DNA of 64,000 nucleotides from the human T2T-CHM13v2.0 reference genome, Homo sapiens: assembly GCF_009914755.1 (NCBI RefSeq), contig NC_060926.1. One strand, written 5' to 3'. This document shows positions 31,270 to 46,300 of the stretch, in pieces. The notes beneath the pieces were generated by a model that saw only the letters and a list, made by a program, of their open reading frames with translations, did no database searches and had not been told where the DNA came from. How positions within the stretch are numbered: the first letter of the stretch is position 1; each line of letters begins with the position of its first letter. Position numbers and translations under genes: made by a program.

Positions 31270-31860
31270 TTGGATATTTGTACACCAATGTTCATTGCAG
31301 CATTAATCATAATAGCCAATTGTAGAAACAACCCAAGTGTCCTTAAACAAATGACTGGATAAAAATATGTGGTATGTACATACAGTGAAATATTATTCAG
31401 CCATAAAAAGAATGAAGTTCCAATATATGCTATATCATGGATGCACCTTGAAAACACTACGCTAAGTGAAACAAGCCAGGCGCAAAGGACAAATACATGA
31501 TGATTCCACTTATATGAAATATCTAGAATTAGAAAATTCATAGAGACAGAAAATATCCATTACCAAGGGCCAGGGAAAGGGGGAAATGGGGAGATATTGC
31601 CTTACACAGAGTTTCTATTTGAAGTGATGAAAAAGTTTTAGAAATATAGTGTTGATGGCTGCAAAATACTGGAAATGTAATAAAAGCCACTGAATTGTAC
31701 ACTTAAAAATGGGTAAAATCTCAAATGTTATTTTATATATGTGGATATACATGTATATTTGCCCCAATTTTAAAAATTATAATGAAATATACCAAAAAAG
31801 ATTGAGTGTACACTTTTTGGTGCATTGTATGATGTGTAAACTATACCTAAATAAAATGGT
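31270..31860 (+). mobile_element. L1MB-type 3' end
   Basis: aatgttcattgcagcatta...tgattccacttatatgaaat...cactgaattgtacacttaaaaatggg. Confidence 0.8.
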
Positions 31861-32035
31861 TTTTTTTTTTAAGCTGCTTATTTTGGCAGACCAAGACATT
31901 CAACATCACGTCATTCCCTACTTCATCTCACATCAATTCATGCCATACTACCTGCATTTCAATCATACCAAATGACTCCTTGTCTATTCCATGCTTTTCA
32001 TGTCTTTGTACTAAACATTTTCTGAATGCTTAGCC

Positions 32036-32970
32036 CAGAAGAGTAATTTTCAGTCTTTTTGATCTGAGGATCTTTATACTCTTAATCATTACTGAAGACT
32101 CCAGAGTCTGTGTATGTGGGTCATGTCTATATCTATTTACCATATTAGAAATTTAAACTTAAATTGTTTTAAATATTTATCAATGTTTTTAAAGTTAGAA
32201 TAATGCAACAATTGCGTTCATCTAAATAGCACCTTCTAAGAAAAGTAACTATTTCTTCAAAAATAATAACAAGAAATAATAACAAGAAATCATTGTTTTA
32301 CAATGTTACAAATATATTTAATATCCATCTTACTAAAAGACAGCTGGATTCTCCTATCTGCCTCTTTATCCTCTCATTGTGTTGTTTTGGTTGAAGCATA
32401 TGAAGAGCTTCCAGCCTCCCGAAGTTGTGTAATTGGAAAAGAGAGGAGCGTTTTAATAATAGCCTTTACAGATAACTGAGTATTCTTTCATATTACACCA
32501 ACACGTGACAAGTGGTGGTTACTTAAAGGTTAGTTGCAGTGTGGAATCTGAAACCATAGTGATGAACTTTTCATCCTCTATTACATTAAAATTCATTGGT
32601 CTATCTTGCACTTTGAATAAATCATTTACTCATGCATGATTTTATCATGTCATTTGAAAATACTGGTTCTCTAACTTATGCATAGCTTCTAAATGTTGAC
32701 ACATTTTATTATGCAATACTCCCAAATCACATGCATTAATATTATCACCATGTCAACAGAAAAGCCTGTAAGTACTGGGAAGCTGTCAAGGTTACTGTGG
32801 TGGATACAAGACTTCTACTCTAATTTTTTTACTTCAGAGTTTGGTTTTTACCATTTGCAACACACACAGTAGGTAATTTACCTTGAAGTGACACACTCAT
32901 TGTATTCATTCTTTAGAAAATATCCACCACACATACAGGCTTGGATAGCTATAGTTTAGTTATTCAAATC
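32036..32970. mobile_element. MER63-like hAT DNA transposon
   Basis: ctttatactcttaa...tatgtgggtcatgtctatatctatttaccatattagaaatt. Confidence 0.6.
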
Positions 32971-34013
32971 TAAATTTTTATTAAAAAACGATTAAATAAA
33001 TTAGCTTACCTTTAGTATAGAACTAGGTAGAGGCTTTCAAAAGTGTAAGATGAAGCCTCATGTAATAAAATAAAAGCTTTGCAATACACAGTAAATGAAA
33101 AAAGCAGTTAGCTGAATAATATATTTAGTATCATTCCACTTTTATAATTAAAAATTACACACACATACTTAAAATTCTAGGGCATGTCACATGTTAGTTA
33201 TGGGTAAGTAAATAGGACTGATGGTTGCAGAGATGAGTCAGGGATTTCATATTCAAATCCATATTATTTGAACACTCTACAACAAATTTATATATTATTT
33301 TGCAATTTAGAAAGCAAAGAAAAAATTGATTTCCACATAGTGAAACTGGAAGAATGGGAAATATATGGAAATCACACAAAGACATCAAGAAGAGAGAAGT
33401 TGTGTGAAGAAGAAGAAGATGGTTTTTTGTTAAACTTGAATGACAGGAAAAAGGTTTCCCTAAATTATGTGGATAATCCTCACTGAACACTATGCTTGAA
33501 TAATTATGTCCCATAAAAACATTAAAAATATTAGATCATTTCCATAACATTTTCTCATCTGCTACATATACATGATATATCATATATAATATATATTATA
33601 TATATATTTTATATATATACACATATATACAGAAAAAAAATCTCTGATGTTTGCTTGAGAAACTATGATTAACTATTACTGAACAGATATTCTTAAATAT
33701 ACAATTTGCCCACTGGAAAAAAAAAATCAATTAGAATAGTTTTACACTGAAAAATGATTTTTCATGAATTTTAGTGCAGTTATTTATAAGAAACATTATG
33801 ATAAAACATATTAAACCTTCCATGATTAGAAGCTAATAATCATAATTTGCTGTACATGCTAGCAATTAATTGCTTCTTTGACATTTGGCGGGGGGGTGGG
33901 GGGTGAGGGTTAGATGATATAGTCACATTCATTCCTGAATATAAAATCTAGGAAAATGTAATTGCTACATGCAATTACCACTATTATTTCTCTAGTAATC
34001 TAAATGATACTCA

Positions 34014-34454
<441 letters not shown>

Positions 34455-34916
34455 TTATGTTTTTCTTTTGTTTTTGAAACAAAATTCTCCATAAAGAAAT
34501 ATTAAAACTTTGATGTTGAATATTCTCTTTTTGCTCTTAATTTTAAGCTGGTCAATAAAAAATTAAAAAAGTATTGTTTTTTAAAAAATCACAGCAGTTT
34601 AAATCTTGGGTTTCTTTATTTGGAAAATCATAGTCTGTTTCATTCACCATCCAAGTTAAGCATTAAATTTTTCCCTTAATGAACCAGTTAAGTATATAAA
34701 TCTTTTTTGAAACTTGATACTTATAGTGTTTCATATATTGTTCATTTAAAACATGAATTGATCTCACCAGAAATAATGCACTGCTTTAAACTCTATCTTT
34801 GAGATATGGAAAGCATCAAAGAAATCTATAGCTACAATGTGCCTAACCTCCTAAATATGCTGAGCATAAGTTCTTACTCCAATTTTAAGTGAAGATAAAA
34901 AATGCACTTAAAATTT

Positions 34917-34954
34917 CTTCACCAGTCTAATTCTCCTTCACCAGTCTAATTCTC
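34917..34954. repeat. Perfect 19-bp tandem duplication
   Basis: cttcaccagtctaattctc x2. Confidence 0.9.
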
Positions 34955-35538
34955 CTTTGTGAATTCATTATTATTATCTCCAACATTATTATAACTTCCT
35001 TTGATACAAAAAAGTTAGTTACAATTTATTTTAATGGAGGTAAACAAATTTTAAATACCCAAATCATTGTCCTGTAAGTTTAGAATAAATATTTTAAGGA
35101 AGTAATGACTTTGGAAATATTTTACATTAACAGCATCACCTTTGGGATCATAACCACTTATTATATAATATGATTCATATTATGTATAAAAATTTCAACT
35201 GCCTTTTATTAATATCCTACTTATGCTTTTAATTTTTTATCCAATCAATACATGTTTCAAGTTTTTCTATATTCCTTAGCCAAAACCTATAATCAAGACA
35301 TGCCAGGTATGTAACATGTCCATGTACCTGTGCTGTCCTGGGCAAATACGCTTTTGTATGAAATATGACATATTTATTGTATTAGGCTACTATATGATAC
35401 TTGCAGGAAATTAGATGTAAAGATAATGTTTTGAGGTTTTAGACTTATAGAAGAATTTCTAAGTTTGACAATGTTTTTAAAAATTGGAGAGAAATCACAT
35501 AAAATATACATATTATGTATTCTTTCAAGAGTGCTGAC

Positions 35539-35663
35539 CTTTCTCTCTTACTCGGTTAAATATTTTAACCTCCTTCAGGTTGACTCCAAGGCCGGTTCTC
35601 ATGGTTATCGTTTCTGTGGCATCATTCTTGTGGCCCCTTCTGACAGACCCGTTTGCATGTGCT
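35539..35663 (-). CDS. LRP1B: LRP1B coding exon (125 nt, phase 2-1)
   Basis: cag|A GCA CAT GCA AAC...AGA GAG AAA G|gtcagc; [41 protein letters not shown](G). Confidence 0.96.
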
Positions 35664-35957
35664 CTGCCAAAAAGTTGAACATACATGATCAACAATCTTC
35701 GACTAATTAAAGTCAAGCCAGTTACTTAAGCTGAAGATAACAGATGGACCAACAGAAGGGAAAGAAACCAACTTTAGTCTGTGACATTGAAATGCTTCAG
35801 CTTGGAATAGCAAGAGTACCTGCCTTTTCTGTGGAAATTACTGGCTTTGTGAGTTCCTTTTTGTGACCTTGCTAAGAAATGGTAAATCCTACAAGGGTAA
35901 AGCAACTGGCACTGAAATAACATTTTGAGACTCAAATACTTATGAAAAAATAAATTA

Positions 35958-36110
<153 letters not shown>

Positions 36111-36205
36111 CTAAATATCGATTAAGAAGTAACGTTACAGACTATATTTGATTGTTTTATTAAGAAAATAAAGGAACACTAAAAGTAGGTAAATTAAAGT
36201 TGTCA

Positions 36206-36385
<180 letters not shown>

Positions 36386-37459
36386 TTAATTTGTAGTGTT
36401 TATGTACATTTATTTGTAGTATGCAGAGCTATGCAAAAAGACATTACTAATAACAGCAGTAGCATTCACACTAGAATAAAAATAATACATTTCGGAAGTT
36501 AATATACAGTGTGCTTATGGTTCCGATAAAATAATTTTTATCGTAAAAAAATAGTTAACCAGTCAAACAAATCATAGGATGCACTCAACATCCTACCAAA
36601 ATACCTTTTGTGCCTGCTATTTCCTGTCTCAAATGCTCTTCTCCAATCTGTTTGCCTAATTACTTCCTACTTTTCATATCTCAACTATTTCTTTCCAGAA
36701 GCCTTCTGTGTCTTCCCTGTACCATGTGCTCTGCTTCACAACACAGATTAGAATGGCAAATTTCCACTTGTATTTCCTTACATTATCATTTATTATAAAT
36801 ATTTTTTGCCCCCACTAGACTGTAAGCTCAACAAGGACAGTGATCACTCCTCTATTTTCATTCACTATTACTCCTTTAGCACCAGGTAATTAGAAATTTT
36901 GTGGTAAATACATATTTAATTTATGAATATAGACATGACTGCATCATAACTTTCTATTTTTTCTACTTAGACTGCTAAATGTAACTAATCTAGTTTGAAT
37001 TTTATGTTATCTTGTGAAGTCATCTTAAAATACGGTTTTATGCAAAAGCAGAAATTCTTATTTTAGTAATCTTATAAAACAAAATGTAATGGGGGACTAT
37101 GTGAAAGAAAATATCATGCAGAAAGAACACATATAGTATGCCAAAATAAAACAACATGTCATAAAATAAAATGTAGAAAAACAGAATGTACATAATCCAT
37201 GTATTTCACTCATTCATTCAAAAAATTCGATATTCATAGGACTATACAGAAATCCATGCTTTTAGATAAATATAATTCCTTCTTAATTCTTAATTTGAAG
37301 TTACATCTACTGAAGTTTTTATCCAACTATCAGACATCAGCAGTGAATAAAGTTTTAAAAAATATGGGAAGCATTGATTCAACAGCTGGGTGTATAGTTC
37401 CTAATTTTTAAAAATTATTGTATCTTTTTCTAGTTCTTAGAAGTTATATGGCACCTAAA

Positions 37460-37975
37460 TAGTCAACATAGTACCTAATGGGTAGTTCCCCCAATCCCCA
37501 AGTAGTCCACAGTGTCTCTTGTTCCCACGTTCATGTTCATGTGTGCTCAATGCTTAGCTCCCACTTATAAGTGAGAACACTCAGTGCTTGCTTTTCTGTT
37601 CCTGCATCAATTCATTTAGGTTTATGGCCTCCAGCTCCAGCCATGTTGCTGCAAAAGGGCTGTTTTCATTGCTTCAAAGTATTCCACAGTATAGATGTAC
37701 ATTTTCTTTTTGCAGTCTACTATTGACGGGCACCTAGGTTTATGTTACGTTTTTGCAATTGTGAAAAGCAGGGTGATGGACATATGAGTGCATGTGTCTT
37801 TTTGGTATAATGATGCATTTTCCTTTGGGTATATGCCCAGTAATGGGATTATTTGAATGGTAGCTCTGTTTTAAGTTCCTTGTAAAATCTCCAAACTGCT
37901 TTCCACAGTGGCTGAACTAATTTACATCCTCACCAACAGTGTTTAAGCATTCCCTTTTTCCTGCAGCCTCGTCAG
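37460..37975 (-). mobile_element. Older L1PA/L1PB 3' fragment
   Basis: tagctcccacttataagtgagaac...tccacagtggctgaactaatttaca. Confidence 0.85.
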
Positions 37976-38718
37976 GATATTTGAATAATATATGTGAATA
38001 GTCACGTAAGAATCAGTGAGACTGCATACAGAAAAATTAAAGACTTATATTTTGTTTATACTCACTGGAGTTATTTAAGTACAAAGTGATACTTAACTAG
38101 ATAAAAATATATGTATTATTTATGTATATTAATTTGTTTTAATAGTTGATATTTTTCTTGAAAATGCTGTGTAAAATAAACATTGTAGAGTTTTACAGAC
38201 AAACAAAAATGAGGTATGGCTACAATCTCAATTATATTAATCCTGAAGAAAATTTCATTCATATTTACAAGCTTTATAAATCAGAAAGGAAAAACTTTGT
38301 AGCATAAAATCCAACTAATATTTTATTGGTAAGATATAATTGAAGCAGGCATTTAAAAATCTACACCTTTATTAACGTCAAGATTTTTAAGACTTTAAGG
38401 TACGCTGTCAGTGGATGAAAAATATTATTCAATATAAAATAACTAACTCGCAAATGAAATGTATTGCTACACTTAACTTTTTAAGGAAAAACATGTATTA
38501 AAATGGCAGGTAATGTTATACTGTGAAGGAGGCACTGTGAGACCAGGGCAGACATGTGCTTACCTGTCTAATCTGATTCTTATCATCTATTTTTAACATA
38601 TTCCAAAGTTCACATAAGAAAAGAAATGTGCATATTAAAGATTTTAATTAATGTTAATCTACTTGCAAATGCACTAATAAAAATATTATTTTGAGTGAAC
38701 AGATCAAATAAGCTATTT

Positions 38719-38802
38719 ATAGGTTGGTACACAAATAAATGTGTTTATTGCTATTAAAAGTAATGGCAAAAAGCACAATTACTTTTGTAGCAACCAACCT
38801 AC
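38719..38802. mobile_element. MADE1, intact ~80-bp palindromic MITE
   Basis: taggttggtacac...ttgctattaaaagtaatggcaaaaagcacaattacttttgtagcaaccaaccta. Confidence 0.8.
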
Positions 38803-39010
38803 TTAGCCCTAATTCTCACAGCTATGGTAATTATGACTAGGAAGTAAATGATCCACAGTCCACATGGCCAATAAGAGGGCAAGCCAAGAACCACACTCAG
38901 GCTTTACTAATCCAGGCCTATATTGTCTTCCCTAGAATACACTGTCTCACCAAATAGAAAGATAACACAGAAATATATAATGATATTATATCAAATGTTA
39001 TTTTTCCTTA

Positions 39011-39359
<349 letters not shown>

Positions 39360-42300
39360 CACAGACACACACAGAAAACAAAATATGAAAAAGGTCTTAG
39401 CTCTGAGAAAGAAGTCACTCTCTTTTTTTCCAAGTAACCCCTATTCATTTTAAATTTGTGATACTTTCATGCAAGAGGCTGAGATAAATGTAAAAAAAAT
39501 ATGCATAAAATTATTCTAAGTAAAACTATTTTTTAATCCAGAATTTACACAATTCTTTTCCTGTGGAAAACAGTAGTGATTAGATATGGTATCATTATAT
39601 GTGAAGCCAAATCTTTCTGTGTAGGACTCACTTTTAGAGTTAAATAATTTATCAACTGAATAAAAGTAAAAGGTTTTAATCCTATCAAAATTAAGTAAAC
39701 ATTTATGTCAAGCAAATAATAATTTATTTGCTCCTTAAACTGAAATTGAAAGTAAAGAAATGAATGGAATTTGCACCTTGAGAAACTTTGGGGATTATAA
39801 ACCAAATGTAGAGAAAGAACCCTCTCCAAGCTCGTAAAACTGCAGAAAGAGACTTGTAATTTAAGGTAATAACTTACATAGATGCACCTGAGATATCATT
39901 AATGAACATAGATTCTTGGCATCTAAATGTGGTCTTTAGCAATAGGAAGAAATGAAAATATTTGTCCCTGGTTTTTGACCAGTAGGTTCAGACCCTACTG
40001 ATATTAACATTGACTGACAAAATTACTATTGAGTTTGAACCTATTTGAGTTCAAATTTTGCAGTTGTGAAAAACGTGTTCACTATATGATATAGCCAAGA
40101 AAAACTGATTTTAGAGTATCAGATGGGCACATGTAGCCCTACTAAAAATACTTTCTGAAATCTAGAAAATATTAAACTTGTCCAAATCAAATGCTATATT
40201 GTGTAACTGAATTTTATCTGAATAATAAAATAGTATTTGTTAAACTAAAAAATGTTCTTTATTTAAATAAGCTTGCACTTATAAATTTAAAAACATATAA
40301 TTTTAAAAGGGACATTTAAAAGTGGCTTTCAGAATTATAGAAATTTTATCAGAAACTGTCATAATACAAATGTCTTTATTGTCTTAACTAGACTCTAACA
40401 GTTTTGAGCAGGAAGACAGTGCAATGAGCACATATCATGAGTTAATTTCCAACTGATTACTGACATTTGGATAAATAGGTAAAAAGATCACATTTGGTAG
40501 CACTGGAGCGCCCAAAGGCCTAGCAAACCCTTAATGGACCCTGAAAGTTAATTGTATTTGTCTTCTGACAACTGTACAGATTGACATCAGAATTAGTCTA
40601 GATACAGGTATACTTTTCAGGAAAAACTTTTTTTTTTTTCCTGTCACAGGCAGTTATACTCAACCTGAAAAAATACACATTCAAATTATTATAAATGCCC
40701 ATGAATAAATTTGAGACAGCTAACATTAGTGACAAAGCTCTGATTTTTGTGTGAGAAGGGTAATGGAGTGAAAGAAAATAATAAATAAGTCTATTTTTTA
40801 AGAGAAACAGTATTAAATGTTATCCTTATACTCTACATATGTGAACAGTTGTGAAAAGCAAGACTAGTTGGAATTAATCATTTTCTCTGGATTTAAAATT
40901 CTCTTCTTTGATTGCTAAACTGTTTCCCTAGAGCTCGAATTTGAGTTGCAATTTTTACAATAAATGTGCCATTTCTTCCTACTTTTCTGGCTTCCCTAAG
41001 TGAGTATGATTTAGATCCTTTGTTACATATGATAAAGAAAACCTGAGATAACCAAAAAATGTTCATGCTGGCACAGAAATGAAGATCAGGTAATTCTCTT
41101 ATGTCGGCAGTTGGCCTTGGTCAAGAAAAGAATCGAGAATGTCATTGTGTCGTCTCCTAGCGTGGGAGTCAACAGTGAGTTACCCTATCTGCAAAAAGTA
41201 AGAGAAACAAAAAAGAAAGCCAAATAAAAACCCTACAGATGAACAATAGTAGCTAGCCTTTACATGAGCATAAGCTTTTAACTTGACAAAAGCTGCTTGT
41301 AATTTCCAATTTCTTAGCAGATGCACTAGAATCACTCAAAATTCATACAAACTGAATACTCTATAAGTCAACATGTCCATGGCTACATCTTCAGATCATA
41401 AGTAAAATAAGATAATATTATAAAAGTTTGAATATATTTTATGAGTACATGATTGGACATTTTTTATCTCCTGAGGAATAAAATGAAATGTAGAGCGTTC
41501 TCTTTTTCTGTGAGGCCTTATTCACATTTTCTTTTTCTTCATTTACGTACAGTTTTGTCTGAGAAAGTATTACAGGCCTATCCCAAATCATTTTTCAAGT
41601 CTTAAATATGTTGCTATTGATTAAAGAATTCTGTAATATAAAAAGCACTCAACCACAGGTAGCAGAACCCTGTGCTAAAAGGATGAAAATATAAAACCAG
41701 TCTACCCTTGGACACTACTGCACTTTTCAAATTTTTTGTTGTTATTGTTGGTTTTGTGGTTGGTTCTCAAACTTATTCTTGCACTGTACTCATGCACTCA
41801 TCAACAAATACTTCATTAGGTATCTATTATGTGCTAGGAGCTGATGATACAAAATAAATCGGATTTAGGTACCCTCATAAAGTCCATTGTTAATGGCAGA
41901 GGCAAATGGGTAAATTAGTATCTGAGAAAAATGCTGATTAGAAATACTTAAAATTTGCTAGTCTCTTTAAGTCATAAATGTAGGGGCTTGAACAATGATA
42001 ATGTTGAAGGGTTGTGGTGAGAAAAGTTGTCTTTCCTGTAAACAACTTCAGAATTTTTTTTTTCTTTTAGGCAAAAATAAAGATATAGGCCATTTGAGTT
42101 GTTCTTTCTGTTTAAGCTTCAAAATTATTTAACTTATTTGTCAATTTCTTTCTTTCTTGGTCTGCTATTCTTAAGTTTACATTTGAGCCTTTCTTGATTC
42201 ACTACATTGTAGTTTTGAGTAATTATATAGGACAATTATTATGTGTATGAAGAGCACACACTGGAGAAGCGGAAATTATTCACAAACAAAAAATATTTAT

Positions 42301-43192
42301 ATATATGTATATATATATACACACACATATAATATTTCATAGCACATTAAAAATATTACACCATGTTATAGTTCATTTTTCATTTTATATGTGTTTACAC
42401 CCTGCCTCATTGCCCATCCTCTCACTTAAACAAACACTTAACATATACATGTACATATATATAATATTAGCTTGTTTGCATTTATAATTTTCTTGAATAG
42501 TCCATGTTTATGTACTTTTGTACATTCAATATATATTTGATATTTTCCTATAACTATGAATTTACCAAATATTTAACATCTAGCTGCCCAGAGCCTATAC
42601 TTCTAGAGCTCATAAGCTGACTTAGAATTATCAAAATATTATAAAGAAGTTTTTAATTTGTTCCATGACTTGCAACCTATCTTACCAGCATTATTCCTAT
42701 GGTAAATCACATTTATTCCATTTCCTTTATATATGTGTTCCCTTGCTTTAAGATGCAAAATATACTCTAAGAGATGGTATTAAACTACACTACACTGTTG
42801 TTGTCTTAACAGGTGTTAAACTGTCAACCAAGACCTTTTATATATTGTTGAGCATACTGAAAAAGTATATACATAATCAAAAAGACCTTTTGAAACAGCA
42901 AGATCCCATGTTAATTTGAGTCTTTGCCATGGAAAGAAAAACTTTTCAGCACATTATTTACAGTCACAGAAATACAGAGCTAAATTAAGAGAGAAAACAT
43001 GTATCCTGGTGCTTAAAAGGAAATAAAATTACAGTATGTGTTTCAGTTAGAGATTATATACCATGGGAAGTTAATCAAAATTTTTAAAATCTTAATGGGG
43101 CTTCCTATACATCTTTTCATTGTTAGTATTAAATGACTTTTCAGCATGGAGAAAATTATTACATTTCAATTTTCACAAAGCAAGTAATACCA

Positions 43193-43318
43193 GAGGAGGA
43201 GCAGGAGCAGGAGGAGGCGGAAGAGGAGGAGGGGGAGGAGGAGCAGGAGGAAGAAGAAGAAGAAGAAGAGGAAGAGGAAGAGGAGGAGGAGGAGGAGGAA
43301 CAAGAGGAGGAGGAGGAG
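43193..43318. repeat. (GAG/GAA)n polypurine triplet repeat
   Basis: ~126 nt almost purely G/A. Confidence 0.95.
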
Positions 43319-46300
43319 TCAATGATAGCTGAAAGAAACTGATTTTTTAAGCTAAACTAAACTCATACATGATTCCTATTTTGTATTTGGCTACATTTTA
43401 AAAGAGCTCAAGTCTCTATTGTTTAAAAACAGGATTTGTGCCCACTTTTCAAGGCATGTTTTTACTTTGAATTCAGCTAATTCACTCCATTATGGTTCAC
43501 ATTTTCCCTTGGCAATACCATCTGCCATGTTTTAACTTCAAACAGAATATTAAAGTACTGTACTTTATTCCTATGATATAAATTTTGACACTTAAATGTC
43601 TATATAATATTAGCTGGAAATCAGTGTTTGAATAATTTTACAAGAATCTTCATTTTTAAGTCTTTTATTTTCTCTCTAAATTCAAGTCAATAAATATATG
43701 GAGAAAGTGTAGGGAGACATACATCTCTAATATTTCCAAGCCGTAATAAATATTTCCTAGAAACAAGTTTAACATTTAAATGAGTGTATCTACTCTTAAC
43801 TATGAATATGGAAAAAGTTTATCCATGTGACATAATATTTTTAAAATGCTTTTAAGACGAAGTAAATAATATTTAAATATTGCTACATATGTCAAAGATT
43901 TCTTGTTTTGTGGACTCACATACAATTCTCATTTTGAGAGCTCAAAATTAAGAAATCAAAAATATTTACTGAGATCCTCCTGCTGAGTCAGTGCTGAGCT
44001 GGTAGTTGCAATGGAGAGAAATAAAAAAAATCTGACAAACATCTGGAGCAAAGAAATGAGGAGACTTGTTGACAGATGGAAATAGGTGATGAAAAAATAC
44101 TGGAAAATCTAAAGTTTCAACCTCTTTTGTGACAACAGGAAAAGAGATATCATATTTAAGAAAGGAAGGCAACAGATGAGAGGTAGGAGGACATGTTAAG
44201 TTTCAGTGACAGACATCCAAATAAATAACTGTAAAGGATATCAGAAATATAAATAAAGGGGTGAAGATATTTTATTACTATTTTGCATATATTTATTATA
44301 TTTTTATATTTCACTATATATGCATGATTTACATTTTAAAAACATGGGATTAGATGGGTTTAAAAGATAAATGTAATAAGAGAGAGAATGGCACACAAAG
44401 TCTTAAATGAGAATAAAGAGAATAAAATATAATGCTCACAGGAGCTATATAGAGTAGCCTCAGAGAGAACCAGAAAATGCAGGGTCAGAGAAGGCTAAAG
44501 AAAAAAAGGAATTCTTGGATGGACTATCAGTGGAGAAAACTGTCCTGGAGAAGGCAAATGGTATAAAACCTGCAAAAATAATAATAATCATCTCTGGATG
44601 TAGCGGCAAATAAATTTAGAAACTCCTGTGTAACAACAGAAGCTGAAACCCATTTTAGGAGTTCAATGATGAGACAATGGATATAGATCATGATTCTGAG
44701 AAGTTGAGAAGAAAACATGTGGAAAGTAATGACATTAGTAATGTGTTATCTAATGAGAGTGACCTGAGCCTATCTGAAAGCAAAAGGGAAAGGCTTCATT
44801 GAAAGGAACAAATTAAGGTTGGTAAAATAGAAGAGAATGATTTTTGCATGAAATGTCTGAGGAGACATTTATATCCAGAATAAAAGTAGAGAAGTCGTTT
44901 TAAGGAAGAAGGAAACCTTTTTCTGAGGTTATACTCACTTAAACATTTACAGCATTAATTCACATATTCTCTTTTCCTTGACTGCATTATCACCTGTCAC
45001 AATTACACACCATTTATTTATTGCTTTACCACTGGCTGGCAGATTTTTCATCTTCTCCTTCCACTGCTGACATTCTATGGAATTTAATGACATAGAAACA
45101 CCCAAGCTCATAGTACCTCATCTTTATTGCTCCAGGGACCTACCTAGAATCACCCTCTCTTAATTCATAGAGCTGTGTTGGTCACTCATACCAGCTGGAC
45201 CTTATCTCTCTACTCTTACCCTGGTCTACTCTTGACTTCCCACTATTCCATCACTAGCTTGCAGGCCTCACCGCCTGATTGGTAACTCAAAGTTAACCCA
45301 TTATAACTGCCAACTTTGATCTATAACCTTTTTTCTCCTTTTTGGTACATGTTTTCTTTTTCTTTTCTTTACTACCCGTACATTATCAAGTGTTATTCAA
45401 TGTCATATAAAATTCCTGCTTAGATTCTAGAAATCCATCCTGGCTAGTCTCATGTTGCTGGAAAATTATTTGATTCATTATTGTGGAAAATATTTGCTAC
45501 AATAGCTTCAGCAAAACTTAACCTATTCACTTTTAAGCTGATAACCTTAGAAATACAGACTAGCAGCTGTGACTTTCTTCAATTTCATCAATTTAACCTC
45601 TAAAATACATTTGATCTCCGCATTCTATCTCTTCTTTCACTCCATCCCCGAAGGGGAAGAGAACTAGCACCCACCTCATTTAATCCTCCCAATTAACTAA
45701 AAGGATATAGGCATTTGAGACCAAGAAGTTTAGAAATACCTCAAAGGCAAATGTAAAAATAGTAAATGTCTAAGTGGGGATTCCAAACTGTAATGGACAC
45801 CGTCTGTGCTCCATATAAACATCCTCAGATGCTGTTTACCATTTCTGAGCTCTCAAATGACCTTTGTCCCTAACAGCTCACACAGACAATTTTCTTTGGA
45901 GGATTATCCTGGGGCCACTTGAATCTCTTCTCCCACAAGTGCTGAAAGTCAGAAATTTTGAGAGTGTCTGTTTTCCCGGAGTGGTCCTTATCCACTGGCT
46001 GACTACTTGGGAATCTGAATACCAAGTTCCGTCACTGTAAGGTAAAGTTTAGACTCTAGAGTCCCTCCAGGAATCAGTCTGAGGCCAAGATTATGTTCAA
46101 AATTAAATATTTGCTTGATCTCTTTCTTCCCCTTTTCGACTGACTATGCTTTCAGGTCCTGAGTTGACTTCCCATCCTAGAATCTCTTTCTGGGATACCT
46201 AATGTAAGATACAAATCTTGCCTCCCTGCTTTCTGTCTGTGATTCCTCCTGCTCTGCCCTATTGTTTCTCCCTTGTCAAGGCTCCTCCTATGCTCCCTGG

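Noticed and set aside
43120-43342. Poly-Glu and Gly/Arg-rich ORFs
   Set aside because: Translations of the GAG/GAA repeat
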